From the NCBI GenBank assembly GCA_002428985.1, contig DIYL01000059.1, positions 127,573 through 191,572 on the forward strand: a stretch of 64,000 nt of DNA, written 5' to 3'. Shown one piece after another: positions 46,328 to 54,752 of the stretch. The notes beneath the pieces are model-generated. The model ran no database searches, had not been told where the DNA came from, and saw only the letters and a list, made by a program, of their open reading frames with translations. The translations under genes and the position numbers were made by a program. How positions within the stretch are numbered: position 1 is the first letter of the stretch; each line of letters opens with the position of its first letter. This DNA is from Anaerolineales bacterium UBA6055 (GTDB lineage: Bacteria > Chloroflexota > Anaerolineae > Aggregatilineales > Phototrophicaceae).

Positions 46328-47116
46328 ATGAGCTCAATCACAGGCAAAGTTGCCGTTGTTACAGGTGGTGGACGTGGTATCGGGCGTGCCATCGCACATG
46401 AATTGGCAAAACTCGGCACCAAAGTAGCCGTTCTCGCACGCAGTAGCAATGAAATCAATACTGTAGCGGTTGAACTGCGCGAATTAGGTGCCGAAGCCCT
46501 CGCCATCTCCCTCGATGTAACAGATCTAGACGCAATCAATAAGACAGTAGCAACAATTACAGACAAACTCGGCACAATCGAAATCCTCGTGAATAATGCT
46601 GGTGTGGTCAAACCGATTGGAGAATATACAAAAGTTGATGTGAAAGCGTGGAAATTTCCAATTGAAGTGAATTTATTCGGGACGCACTATCTTACCCATG
46701 CGGTGTTGCCCACTATGCTGGAAAACGGCTATGGTCGTATAGTGAATATTTCATCGTCTGCGGGGCGTCGTACAGGGGCGCCATGGTTAGGAGCGTATAG
46801 CGTCAGCAAAGCGGCAATCGATATGTACACGCGCAATCTCGCCCAAGAGATCGATGGTAGTGGCGTGACGATCAATGCAGTCGACCCCGGCCCAGTTGAT
46901 ACCGAGATGGTTAAGGATATTCGTAGCAAAGGTGAAGACGGTGGTGTTGTCGCACAACGCTTAGATCAAATGACCGAACAAGGAAAACTGATCCCACCAC
47001 AAACTACAGGCGAATTGACCGCAGGCTTGATTCTGAGTAACAAGCAAGGTGAAATTGTACCAGTCATGAACGAGGAGAAAACCTTACGTGCTTACCTTGA
47101 AGCAGCACAAGGGTAA
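46328..47116 (+). CDS. SDR-family oxidoreductase
   Basis: TGGGRGIGRAIA (TGxxxGxG), NNAG and YSVSKAA (YxxxK) motifs. TAGGAG RBS. Confidence 0.9.
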   Translation: MSSITGKVAVVTGGGRGIGRAIAHELAKLGTKVAVLARSSNEINTVAVELRELGAEALAISLDVTDLDAINKTVATITDKLGTIEILVNNAGVVKPIGEYTKVDVKAWKFPIEVNLFGTHYLTHAVLPTMLENGYGRIVNISSSAGRRTGAPWLGAYSVSKAAIDMYTRNLAQEIDGSGVTINAVDPGPVDTEMVKDIRSKGEDGGVVAQRLDQMTEQGKLIPPQTTGELTAGLILSNKQGEIVPVMNEEKTLRAYLEAAQG

Positions 47117-47192
47117 TATAGCGTTTTTACCATATTCTCCTAAATAGCAAAAAGAGCCCTATCGATTTTAATGACCAATAGGGCACGCTTTT

Positions 47193-47258
47193 TTACTTAT
47201 ATTTTATGGGTAAAGCATTCAAATTATGCAACACAATCGATAACCCACGTTGAACATT
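47193..47258 (-). pseudogene. Relic of a cytochrome P450 3' end (last ~22 codons plus stop)
   Basis: The minus-strand translation [21 protein letters not shown] compares with [21 protein letters not shown] at the end of the intact P450 (48399-48464). About 52 of 66 nt are identical by hand alignment, including a 25-nt perfect core. Confidence 0.6.
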
Positions 47259-47272
47259 GGTGGATTCGTCTC

Positions 47273-47680
47273 CTACACTACGAAAATAAAAGCAATAGCG
47301 ATTAAATTGGGTAAAATAAACATGAGAAACGATTGAATACTACCTGTGACTTTATTTTCGAGTAGACCTGTTTGCAAACCCGCAATCAGGTCAAAAATAT
47401 CCATCACGAGCCGAGCGACAAGTGCCGTAAAAATCGTTTCTGGTGTCCCAATTAACCAGATACCCACAATCATCGCAGCAGCTATGCCGATATAACGAGC
47501 AGCCGAGTTCTTCACAATAAAACTATCAGCAATTGAACTAACATCAAATTCAATTTTAAAAGCTTTAAACATAGCCTGTCCATTGATGAAGTTCCAACTG
47601 CCAAAGATAATACTCCAAATAGTTAGATACCCCGGTAGGAGATACCACCACCATTGCACACTTAATTCCGCTGGAAACAT
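47273..47680 (-). CDS. Small four-helix membrane protein (DUF4345-like guess)
   Basis: GGAGG lies 8 nt upstream of the ATG at 47680 (the ORF is open to 47713). There are four hydrophobic segments. Confidence 0.6.
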   Translation of the reverse strand: MFPAELSVQWWWYLLPGYLTIWSIIFGSWNFINGQAMFKAFKIEFDVSSIADSFIVKNSAARYIGIAAAMIVGIWLIGTPETIFTALVARLVMDIFDLIAGLQTGLLENKVTGSIQSFLMFILPNLIAIAFIFVV

Positions 47681-47704
47681 TGTAACTTCCTCCTTATATT
47701 TATA

Positions 47705-47723
47705 TGTAGCCATAACGACTACA
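47705..47723. promoter_or_regulatory. Palindrome TGTAG-N9-CTACA, copy 1 (candidate Rrf2 operator)
   Basis: ATATGTAGCCATAACGACTACAATT, 25 nt upstream of the membrane-protein start. Confidence 0.55.
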
Positions 47724-47800
47724 ATTCAGATCAAAAATTTTTTAAAACAATCTCTTTAACATAGATCCAAATGACCATGTTATTGTTATGTATGCATATA

Positions 47801-47819
47801 TGTAGTTTTCACGACTACA
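47801..47819. promoter_or_regulatory. Palindrome TGTAG-N9-CTACA, copy 2
   Basis: ATATGTAGTTTTCACGACTACAGTT, located between the Rrf2 stop and the membrane-protein gene. Confidence 0.55.
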
Positions 47820-47839
47820 GTTTAATATAAAAAAACTAA

Positions 47840-48259
47840 CTATTCATGATTTTTTGCTTTTTCCAATACATCAGCGATAGTTATTCCATCTAAAGCATCA
47901 ATCATCTTTTGATGAGCTTGAGAGTGTATTTGATCTAAGACGGGTTCAATATTTCGACTAACTAATCTACTTGAATCTATATTGTCAGGATGGAGTCCAA
48001 ATGGACTATCACCTTCCAACAAAAGATAAAGTTCTTTTAGTGTTATCTCTGATGGATGTTTAGCAAGTCTTGCACCACCAGATTTACCAGCCACTGTGAT
48101 AACTAACCCACAATGTTGCAATTTACCAATAGCTTTCCGAATTGTAACAGGATTAACACCAACACTCTTCGCAATTGAACTTGAAGAAATAGGCTCAACC
48201 TTGTCTGCCATTAATGTCAAAATATGAATTGTGGTTAGGTAACGACTGCTTGTGTTCAT
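47840..48259 (-). CDS. Rrf2-family transcriptional regulator
   Basis: 139-aa ORF. The N-terminal winged HTH reads YLTTIHILTLMADKVEPISSSSIAKSVGVNPVTIRKAIGKLQHCGLV. No Cys cluster for an Fe-S centre is evident. Confidence 0.85.
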   Translation of the reverse strand: MNTSSRYLTTIHILTLMADKVEPISSSSIAKSVGVNPVTIRKAIGKLQHCGLVITVAGKSGGARLAKHPSEITLKELYLLLEGDSPFGLHPDNIDSSRLVSRNIEPVLDQIHSQAHQKMIDALDGITIADVLEKAKNHE

Positions 48260-48260
48260 A

Positions 48261-48279
48261 TGTAGCCATCATAACTACA
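48261..48279. promoter_or_regulatory. Palindrome TGTAG-N9-CTACA, copy 3, abutting the Rrf2 start codon
   Basis: ATATGTAGCCATCATAACTACAGTT. The half-site begins 2 nt upstream of the ATG (48257-48259). Confidence 0.55.
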
Positions 48280-48398
48280 GTTTAGTATTTTGTCAAGGGA
48301 TTTGAGTTTACTAAATATCTCGACAGAATATCAATCTAAAATGATCTGAAGAGTTGGTGATCATTTTAGATATACCAACTCCAGATAAGACAGTTAAA

Positions 48399-49625
48399 CT
48401 ATTGGTATTTCATCGGCAGTACATTCAAATTATGCAACACAATCGACAATCCCCGTTGGACATTCGCGGGATCTACATTGAGTGCCATCTTCGGGAAGCG
48501 TTCCATCAGTTTAGAGATAGCGATTCGCCCTTCCATCCGTGCCAATGACGCACCGAGACAAAAATGAATCCCATGCCCGAAGGCAATATGTGGATTATTT
48601 TCACGCGTGATGTCAAACACATTCGGATTTTCAAATGTCGCAGGGTCGCGGTCAGCCGCTAGTAACAATGGAATCAGCACATCGCCAGCTTTGATAACCC
48701 GTCCATCATGCCATTCCATATCTTCACCAGCCCAACGATTTAACGTCGCATCCACCGGACCGTTGTAGCGCAACATTTCTTCAATCGCTTTGTCTGTTAA
48801 CGCAGGATTCGCTCGTAATTCCTCAAATTGGTCAGGATGTTGCAACAAATCCAGCATCCCATTCCCAATCAAATTGACAGTCGTTTCGTGTCCAGCGACC
48901 AATAACAAGAAAATCATGCTGAGCAATTCCATCCGGTCGAGTTTTTCGCCTTCATCCCGCGCACGCACCAGAGCACTTAAAATATCGCCAGTATCTTCTT
49001 TGGTGCGAATGTCAATCATTTTATTCATGTATTGCACGAATTCCATAATCATCGCCATCGAAGACATATCACCCGACAGAATCACATTAGTCCATGTGCG
49101 GAATCTATCGCGATCTTCAACCGGAATGCCTAGCATCTCAGCAATCACAGTAATCGGTAACGGCAACGCATAATCAGCAATTAAATCACCATCTGTTTTG
49201 CTATCCATTGCATCCAGCAATTCATCAGCCAATTGTTCGATGCGCGGTTGTAATTCACGCACACGGTTCGGTGTAAATGCCTTATGAACAATCGTACGTA
49301 AACGGGTATGATCGGGTGGATCTTGATTAAGCATATGCTGGTTAATCAATTCCCACGGCGATTCTCTGTCTATATCAGCCTCTATATCCACGCCAAAACG
49401 ATCTTTAAGCACATCTGGGGATAAGCTTTTACGTGGATTTTTTATAGAACGTTTATCGCGCAAAATCGATACGCTATCATCATATTTCGTAAAGAACCAC
49501 ACCGTCTGTCCCATGCCATCAACGACTTTATAGGTCGGGTCATTTTCGCGCATTTGACGATACAATTCATGTGGATTGTTGCGAGTTTTCTGACTCCAGA
49601 TATTGTATTTTGATGTTGATGTCAT
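48399..49625 (-). CDS. Cytochrome P450
   Basis: Heme-binding loop [21 protein letters not shown] (I-helix) and EMLR (ExxR). AGAGGA RBS upstream of the ATG at 49625; the track starts at a TTG at 49658. Confidence 0.9.
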   Translation of the reverse strand: MTSTSKYNIWSQKTRNNPHELYRQMRENDPTYKVVDGMGQTVWFFTKYDDSVSILRDKRSIKNPRKSLSPDVLKDRFGVDIEADIDRESPWELINQHMLNQDPPDHTRLRTIVHKAFTPNRVRELQPRIEQLADELLDAMDSKTDGDLIADYALPLPITVIAEMLGIPVEDRDRFRTWTNVILSGDMSSMAMIMEFVQYMNKMIDIRTKEDTGDILSALVRARDEGEKLDRMELLSMIFLLLVAGHETTVNLIGNGMLDLLQHPDQFEELRANPALTDKAIEEMLRYNGPVDATLNRWAGEDMEWHDGRVIKAGDVLIPLLLAADRDPATFENPNVFDITRENNPHIAFGHGIHFCLGASLARMEGRIAISKLMERFPKMALNVDPANVQRGLSIVLHNLNVLPMKYQ

Positions 49626-49738
49626 GGTGTTATTATCCTCTTTAGCGACTCGAATCAACCTTGTTTTATCGATTTACATATTAGGGCGAGCAATAACTCA
49701 CCCTACGATAAGCTATACGTTTCGGTAGGCGAATAGTC

Positions 49739-50992
49739 TCAAAAGGCCCATTCACCCTGACGCATCACCGGCTCACGTTCACCATCAATCGTGATGCCAT
49801 CAATATCAACATCATGATTGCCAATCATGAAGTCCACATGCGTTTGACTCACATTACCGCCCGCCTCAACAAATTGATCTTCATCCATTTCAGTACCACC
49901 CTCAATCGTCTTAGCGTAAGCCCGTCCCAACGCAATATGACACGCCGCATTTTCATCATAGAGTGTGTTGAAGAACAAAATCCCTGACTGCGAAATCGGC
50001 GAACTATGTGGTACAAGCGCAACTTCACCCAGATGTTTCGCACCTTCATCTGTATCAATCAAACCTTGCAGGACATCACCTCCCGTTTTCGCTTCAAAAC
50101 CAGTCACGCGACCATCTTTAAATGTGAACGAGAAATCTTCAATAATATTGCCGTTGTAGCTAAGAGGCTTTGTCGCTTTGACAGTCCCATTCACACGGTC
50201 ACGATGCGGCATCGTAAAAATCTCTTCTGTCGGGATATTCGGTGCAAATCGTTTGCCCGAGCTATGATCAGACCCGCCACCCGACCAGACATGCCCCTTA
50301 GGCAATCCGATAGTAAAATCTGTGCCATCACCCTTGAGGTGTAACGCTGTATATTGTTTTTCAGTCATATATTTCCCACGATTAACAAGGTCTTGCTGAT
50401 GTGCTTTCCATGCAGCAACCGGATCATCTTCAGTCACACGCGTCGCAGCAAAAATCGCATCCCATAATTTCGGCACACGTTCATCGGCTGGCAAATCAGG
50501 GAAGACAACATCCGCCCACGGTTGGGTTGCAATCGCCGCCCCACACCACACATTCTCATCAATCAACTTAGGGACAAGATATGCTGTAGCAGCACGTCCT
50601 GCCCGTTGCATCGTCGTGACTTTGTTACTATCCAATCCGGCAAATAACTGCGGATCACGTCCAAATGTAACCAATCTTGCCACACCTGCTTCTGCATACG
50701 ATTCAACTTTTTTGATAAACCATTCCGGCACATAATCCAGCGTATCATCCGCCGCATGTAAAATCCGCAATTTAGAGGTAACTTCATCCGTCCACTGAAC
50801 ATCGACATACTTTGCACCCGCTTGATAAGCTGCTTCGACCGTATAATGCGCTAATTTACGGATATTCGGATCGTCAGTGACATTAACAGTAAAATGCAAA
50901 AGATCGCCTTCGGTGATGTTGACACCAATATGCACCAGTAAGTTGGCATATTTTCTTAAATTTGTGTCTAATGTTGTATCTGTCATAAGCAT
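49739..50992 (-). CDS. M29-family aminopeptidase (AmpS/PepS type)
   Basis: 417-aa ORF. Has KYANLLVHIGVNITEGD, AYQAGAKYVDVQW and the C-terminal HIALG ... HVDFMIG pattern. AAGGA RBS. Confidence 0.8.
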   Translation of the reverse strand: MLMTDTTLDTNLRKYANLLVHIGVNITEGDLLHFTVNVTDDPNIRKLAHYTVEAAYQAGAKYVDVQWTDEVTSKLRILHAADDTLDYVPEWFIKKVESYAEAGVARLVTFGRDPQLFAGLDSNKVTTMQRAGRAATAYLVPKLIDENVWCGAAIATQPWADVVFPDLPADERVPKLWDAIFAATRVTEDDPVAAWKAHQQDLVNRGKYMTEKQYTALHLKGDGTDFTIGLPKGHVWSGGGSDHSSGKRFAPNIPTEEIFTMPHRDRVNGTVKATKPLSYNGNIIEDFSFTFKDGRVTGFEAKTGGDVLQGLIDTDEGAKHLGEVALVPHSSPISQSGILFFNTLYDENAACHIALGRAYAKTIEGGTEMDEDQFVEAGGNVSQTHVDFMIGNHDVDIDGITIDGEREPVMRQGEWAF

Positions 50993-51047
50993 TCATATCC
51001 TTTAAAATGACAACTATCTAACGCCCAGTATAACAGAAAGTGCTCTT

Positions 51048-51863
51048 ATGCCTGAACAAACCACCATCGAGAAAACACCTGCACCCATTACAAAAAAATC
51101 CCTAATTTCAGATTTTAAGACGATCGGTCTCCACGCAGGCATTACCGTACTTGTCCACAGTAGCATGAGCAAAATCGGGTGGATTAGTGGTGGCGCACCA
51201 ACCGTAATCGAGGCGTTGATCGATGTACTCGGCGAAGACGGGACACTCATGATGCCAACACACTCCGCCCAAAATACCAACCCCGCCAATTGGCAAGCCC
51301 CGCCCGTCCCTGAATCATGGTGGCAAACCATCCGCGAGAATCGTCCAGCTTATGATCCACGCATCACACCAACCCGTGAAATGGGCGCCATTCCCGAAGC
51401 CTTCCGCACCTATCCCAATGTCATACGGAGCGCACATCCTGTCGGGTCATTTTCAGCGATTGGTAAACACGCAAACTATCTAACAAGCGATCATACATCA
51501 TTGGAGGAAATGTTCGGCGACGAATCCCCCATCGGCAAACTATACAAATTAGACGGGCATGTTTTGTTATTAGGGGTCGGACATGGCAATAACACATCGC
51601 TTCACTTAGCTGAATATCGCGCCAATCTACCTGCAAAGCCACCTATCCACGAAGGCAGTGCAATGTTAGTCGATGGTCAGCGCGAATGGGTCGAATATGA
51701 GATGTTTAGAATTGATGATGAGGACTTCCCACAAATCGGCGCGGCCTTCTCTCAGGCAAAAGGGCAGACTGACGGCATAGTCGGACTGGCTGCTACGATT
51801 TTAGTTAAGCAACGCCCACTCGTTGACTTTGCAATCAAATGGATGGAGACAAATCGCACTTAG
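51048..51863 (+). CDS. Aminoglycoside N3-acetyltransferase (AAC(3)/YokD-like) family protein
   Basis: 271-aa ORF. Has GLHAGITVLVHSSMSKIGWISGGAPTVIEAL, GTLMMPTHS and NTSLHLAEY. Confidence 0.8.
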   Translation: MPEQTTIEKTPAPITKKSLISDFKTIGLHAGITVLVHSSMSKIGWISGGAPTVIEALIDVLGEDGTLMMPTHSAQNTNPANWQAPPVPESWWQTIRENRPAYDPRITPTREMGAIPEAFRTYPNVIRSAHPVGSFSAIGKHANYLTSDHTSLEEMFGDESPIGKLYKLDGHVLLLGVGHGNNTSLHLAEYRANLPAKPPIHEGSAMLVDGQREWVEYEMFRIDDEDFPQIGAAFSQAKGQTDGIVGLAATILVKQRPLVDFAIKWMETNRT

Positions 51864-51879
51864 TATCATAATAGCCGAT

Positions 51880-52461
51880 TCAACTGTTTAATATGTTCTG
51901 GGGATGACTCCGCAGACTGCCTGCGAAAGCACTATCCGGCACATCGTCAATCAACTTGAGAACAACCTGTGCAACTTGAGCGGGATTTCTCGCATCGCAA
52001 GACAACAGCAGTTGTTCATCTGATAGTTGCAATACAGTTGTTAGCTCTTCCAGTGTCCAAGCGTCATCAGTATTATGCGAATTCGCAACAATAACATGGG
52101 GTTCAACACCAGAATCAGAGTTAATAATCGATCTCACACTGCGAAAAGCCGATGGGTCACTACTATCAAAGATCATAATTTGCCCTAGCAAAATCTCTTT
52201 AAAAGCTTGTCGCATGGGATCAAACCGTAACGCACCCGGCACTTCTAACACCAATAGATGCTTATCAGTCTCGATCTTATAGTCAACAAAATTGTTCTCT
52301 ATGACCTCAGTATTATAATAATAATCGACGTTGACGGGCATAGGAGATTGGTTCGTCAATGTTTGAATAAAGGTTGACTTGCCCGACTGATAAGCACCAG
52401 TCACCACAAGCACCCGCTGATGCCCCGTATCACGATTAATCAGTGTCTCTAATTTCAACAT
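51880..52461 (-). CDS. Small P-loop NTPase (Ras/MglA/CvnD-like) with degenerate G3/G4 motifs
   Basis: Walker A is GAYQSGKST. The expected DxxG is EVPGA and the NKxD is NSHN. Confidence 0.5.
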   Translation of the reverse strand: MLKLETLINRDTGHQRVLVVTGAYQSGKSTFIQTLTNQSPMPVNVDYYYNTEVIENNFVDYKIETDKHLLVLEVPGALRFDPMRQAFKEILLGQIMIFDSSDPSAFRSVRSIINSDSGVEPHVIVANSHNTDDAWTLEELTTVLQLSDEQLLLSCDARNPAQVAQVVLKLIDDVPDSAFAGSLRSHPQNILNS

Positions 52462-52500
52462 GTTATGATTGACTTGCTTATATATCCAGTTTGATGACCG

Positions 52501-53091
52501 CTATCCATCCAGCAAATCTAGTTTAGCGTAGACTGCTGATAGATCTAATTCGCAATCGATAGAAGGCAGTTTAATGATGCCATCCAACCCGCTAATCCGT
52601 GTATAAAGCCAATTGTCCGCATCTTGACGCAAAAATCGTTCAATCTTAAATTCATCCTGCGAGACAAGTACGTATTCTTCTAAAGATAACAGTTGGGTAT
52701 GTTCATCAAATTTCTGATTGCGATCAATCAGGGCAGTAGCTGGAGATAGCACCTCAATTAATACAGTAGGGTTGAGGATCGTGTCATTACGATTCTCCAT
52801 AAACTCAACTTTGCCACATACAACGATAATATCAGGAAAACGATAACTAATAGAGCTTTTCGAGTCTACTTGAACCCGCGTTTCATTTGTATTGATGACG
52901 CAATCTTTATTGCCGAGTTGATTACCAAGTGAGCGATCAATATTATGGATAATCGTATTATGTCGAACTGATGCACCAGTCATTGCAAGCACTTCGCCAT
53001 TGACGTATTCATAACGAATATCACTTTCATCGCATAAGTCAAAATATTCTTCTTGCGTCATATAGCGATTTTCATAGGGTGGTGCCGACAT
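52501..53091 (-). CDS. Uma2 (DUF820) family endonuclease
   Basis: 196-aa ORF. Roughly 65-70% identical by eye to the 2413-3006 protein (YEYVNGEVLAMTGAS, FPDIIVVCG, NPTVLIEVLSPAT). Confidence 0.85.
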   Translation of the reverse strand: MSAPPYENRYMTQEEYFDLCDESDIRYEYVNGEVLAMTGASVRHNTIIHNIDRSLGNQLGNKDCVINTNETRVQVDSKSSISYRFPDIIVVCGKVEFMENRNDTILNPTVLIEVLSPATALIDRNQKFDEHTQLLSLEEYVLVSQDEFKIERFLRQDADNWLYTRISGLDGIIKLPSIDCELDLSAVYAKLDLLDG

Positions 53092-53207
53092 AGTCCGCCC
53101 TTATTTACCTTGTCATGTATTATTCAATTATATCATGCTAGCCATCATAAATTCGGAAGTAATTGATCGAGTAGTGTCTGCTCATCAATCAAATAAGTGG
53201 GATTTGA

Positions 53208-53795
53208 CTATTCATCATATATATCTGAGTTAGAGTAGATTATCGACAAGAGTAACGTACAGTCAATCGACGATATATAGATTTCGTCATCAATATCAGT
53301 ACGAATACGATACAACCAATCGTCACTGTCGTGTCTAGAGTAATGTTCTACACAACAGTCATCTTCTGATATGAGCAGGTAATCCATCACTGATGGTGTG
53401 GACAGATACTCATGTAATTTATCTTGTCGATCGATTAAAGCAGTTTCAGGGGATACAATTTCAACCAGCATAATCGGATTCATAATGCAGTCATCACGAT
53501 CTTTATACAAATCAGGTTGCCATTTTGTCACTAGTACATCAGGAAACCGAAACGTATTAACAGGTGATAACCACACCCGAATTTGTGATCCTAATACTGC
53601 TAAATCAGATTGATTCTTTAAGGACATACCAAGTAATACCCCAACATTTGTTGAAATAATATTGTGATTCGCATTTTTCCCATGTCGCATATAAACGACG
53701 TCATATGCATACTCATTTGGGCGATCAACTAACGCTTCATATTCAAAATATTCTTCTTCAGTCATGCGTAGTGCATACTTTGGAATAAATGGCAT
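53208..53795 (-). CDS. Uma2 (DUF820) family endonuclease, divergent
   Basis: MTEEEYFEYE, FPDVLVTKW and NPIMLVEIVSPET motifs. GGAGAG lies 8 nt upstream of the ATG at 53795; the ORF is open to a GTG at 53819. Confidence 0.7.
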   Translation of the reverse strand: MPFIPKYALRMTEEEYFEYEALVDRPNEYAYDVVYMRHGKNANHNIISTNVGVLLGMSLKNQSDLAVLGSQIRVWLSPVNTFRFPDVLVTKWQPDLYKDRDDCIMNPIMLVEIVSPETALIDRQDKLHEYLSTPSVMDYLLISEDDCCVEHYSRHDSDDWLYRIRTDIDDEIYISSIDCTLLLSIIYSNSDIYDE

Positions 53796-53839
53796 ATCAG
53801 GCTCTCCGTATAATGACACGCCAATTATAGCAAATCGCC

Positions 53840-54460
53840 TTAGTCACTATCGCATAACACCACAATCAAACGATCAGCCGATATACGATACGACCATGCT
53901 TCGCCCTGCACAGTGAATGTAATAATATAGCCATTGGTACGGCGATCATAACGCGAATCAAGCTCTGCATCTTGCCGGCATCCAAGCATATAATCCTCAA
54001 ATTGACGTTCACTCCATGTCCATGGGATGTCGTTATGTGTAAATTGCATACCTAACCGACCATTTAAATCATGCAATGCATCAATCACTTGTGGCATCAC
54101 ACCATCGGGCACTGTCGGCAGTGCTTCACAACGAATCATTATATTTTCATCCATCGACACATGATAATGATAAGTCTCCCCCAGACGATAAATTCTAATA
54201 TCATAAAACACATCAGTTATCGGCAACAAATCACCTGACCGTACCCGACAACCTTCCGCAATATCTTCGCCAGCAACAACAGCCCAATCCCAATCAACAT
54301 TGACATCGCTCAAATCAATCGGCGTACGCAAGTATTCGTTTAAGCGGTCAACAACATTATTCGCGACAATCAACGCCCGTTCTTCATCAGCATAAGCTGT
54401 CATCGGTACAATCACAGCCAAGAACATTGCGATACTTAGTAATAGCATTTGTTTCATCAT
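53840..54460 (-). CDS. Secreted hypothetical protein with an internal two-fold repeat
   Basis: Signal peptide LLLSIAMFLAVIVPMTAYA. Two units follow W-x-W ... GC ... Y-x-Y-x-(V/I)-S-x-D ... C-(E/D). Confidence 0.5.
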   Translation of the reverse strand: MMKQMLLLSIAMFLAVIVPMTAYADEERALIVANNVVDRLNEYLRTPIDLSDVNVDWDWAVVAGEDIAEGCRVRSGDLLPITDVFYDIRIYRLGETYHYHVSMDENIMIRCEALPTVPDGVMPQVIDALHDLNGRLGMQFTHNDIPWTWSERQFEDYMLGCRQDAELDSRYDRRTNGYIITFTVQGEAWSYRISADRLIVVLCDSD

Positions 54461-54752
54461 CAGCAGCTCCCATCTTTTTGTTTCTATTGTGAGTGATTGA
54501 TGAATGTATTAATGGACGCATAACCGACGGCTAAACAACGCGTTATCAACGCCCAACAAGATATGACCCGTTAGGATGGTTTCTAAGCCGTTCATGACTT
54601 TTTTGTAGTCAATAGTAGGCAAAATGCACAACTTGTGTTATGGTTTGCAACGTGACTGTTATATATTTGGAAATTATTGATTTCTCCTTTGACTATATGA
54701 CAGCTATGGTTATAATTGAAACTTATACTATCAGCGCGAAACGGATGTAGAG

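Noticed and set aside
47155-47194. Rho-independent terminator after the SDR gene (GCCCTAT-N15-ATAGGGC followed by ACGC-TTTTTT)
   Set aside because: The stem is only 7 bp with a 15-nt loop and a 4-nt gap before the T-run. It is too weak to list as a feature, although the T-run overlaps the relic P450 stop.
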